From the NCBI GenBank assembly GCA_051294905.1, contig CM119371.1, forward strand, positions 11,968,001 through 12,032,000: DNA of 64,000 nt, in the 5' to 3' direction. Position numbers and translations under genes: made by a program. Origin of the DNA: Botryllus schlosseri (taxonomy: Eukaryota). The notes under the pieces were generated by a model, which ran no database searches, had not been told where the DNA came from, and was given only the letters and a program-made list of their open reading frames with translations. Shown here in pieces: positions 63,357 through 64,000 of this stretch (the stretch's first letter is position 1; each line of letters opens with the position of its first letter).

Positions 63357-63795
63357 TAGGCTTACCATACGTCCTCTTTTAAGAGGATTTGTCCTCTTTT
63401 TTGACTTTTTTGAAAGTGTCCTCGGAGGACGCCGTTTTGTCCTCTTTTTTGAGATTTTGTCCTCTTTTTTGAAAATTTAGGTCAGAGTTAGAGCAAATTG
63501 CGAGTGATATGCCGAAAATTAGCACAGAAGTGACGGTCCGGCGGATCTTTCGGTGTGAAAAACGGTGAATTTAGCTCTGAGTGAGAAGATGACCTTTTTT
63601 TTTTTTAGTCATCCACCTGGCAATGTGGAGGAAAAAACGGTATTTTGAGGTCTGAGCGGAAGTGATGACCTTTTTTTTAACAGCTCACAATGTGGGAAAA
63701 ATTCACCGGTTTTTGAGAATTCTACTCCGGTTTTGCATCTTGCAAATTTCTGAAAAAGTGTCCTCTTTTTACATTTTCAAAATATGGTAAGCCTA
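63357..63795. mobile_element. hAT (Blackjack-like) MITE
   Basis: TIR TAGGCTTACCATA / TATGGTAAGCCTA; perfect TSD TTTTAACC; GTCCTCTTTTT repeats. Confidence 0.92.
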
Positions 63796-64000
63796 TTTTA
63801 ACCTAGGCAATAGGTTTTATCGGTCTTCAAGGTTTAACATAGTTGTCATCGCACATCTTTTGTGGCGTAATTTCCGACAAGTTATGCATTGGTGGATGTG
63901 CTGAGAGACAGCGCTCACGCCACCTATAATTCAATATCCATGTTGACGTATCTCATTGTGTGTGATTCCACGTCCCATATCATCATAGGTGGTCAAAGTA

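Overview
This is AT-rich eukaryotic DNA, probably from an invertebrate animal and possibly a tunicate. That origin is inferred from the short GT-AG introns, the NLR type and the transposon mix. There are no prokaryotic operons, rRNA, true tRNA genes or CRISPR arrays. The one clearly intact host coding region is a minus-strand NACHT (NLR-type) exon at 61676-63070. It splices in phase across a ~20 kb transposon-filled intron to a helical/LRR exon at 41094-41407. Further short, mostly phase-0, partly decayed LRR-like exons lie at ~34.5-36.1 kb and ~18.8-19.7 kb. Nearly everything else is a dense, multiply nested set of decayed transposons. These include many hAT elements/MITEs with readable TIRs and 8-bp TSDs, a hATm-like element with ~530-bp inverted arms, a Chapaev3-like relic and a TA-TSD MITE. 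There are also a Penelope-like retroelement, two RNase H-bearing LINE 3' ends, a tRNA-derived SINE family (4 copies) and a foldback-like inverted array split by a 9-kb hAT nest. A small spliced pseudogene-like locus (1997-2800) and a decayed HMG-box relic (~24.9-25.3 kb) are also visible. I did not find a demonstrably novel biological system; the best leads are the unusual NLR architecture, the symmetric hATm-like element and the foldback structure. All family assignments come from motif recognition by eye, not database searches.
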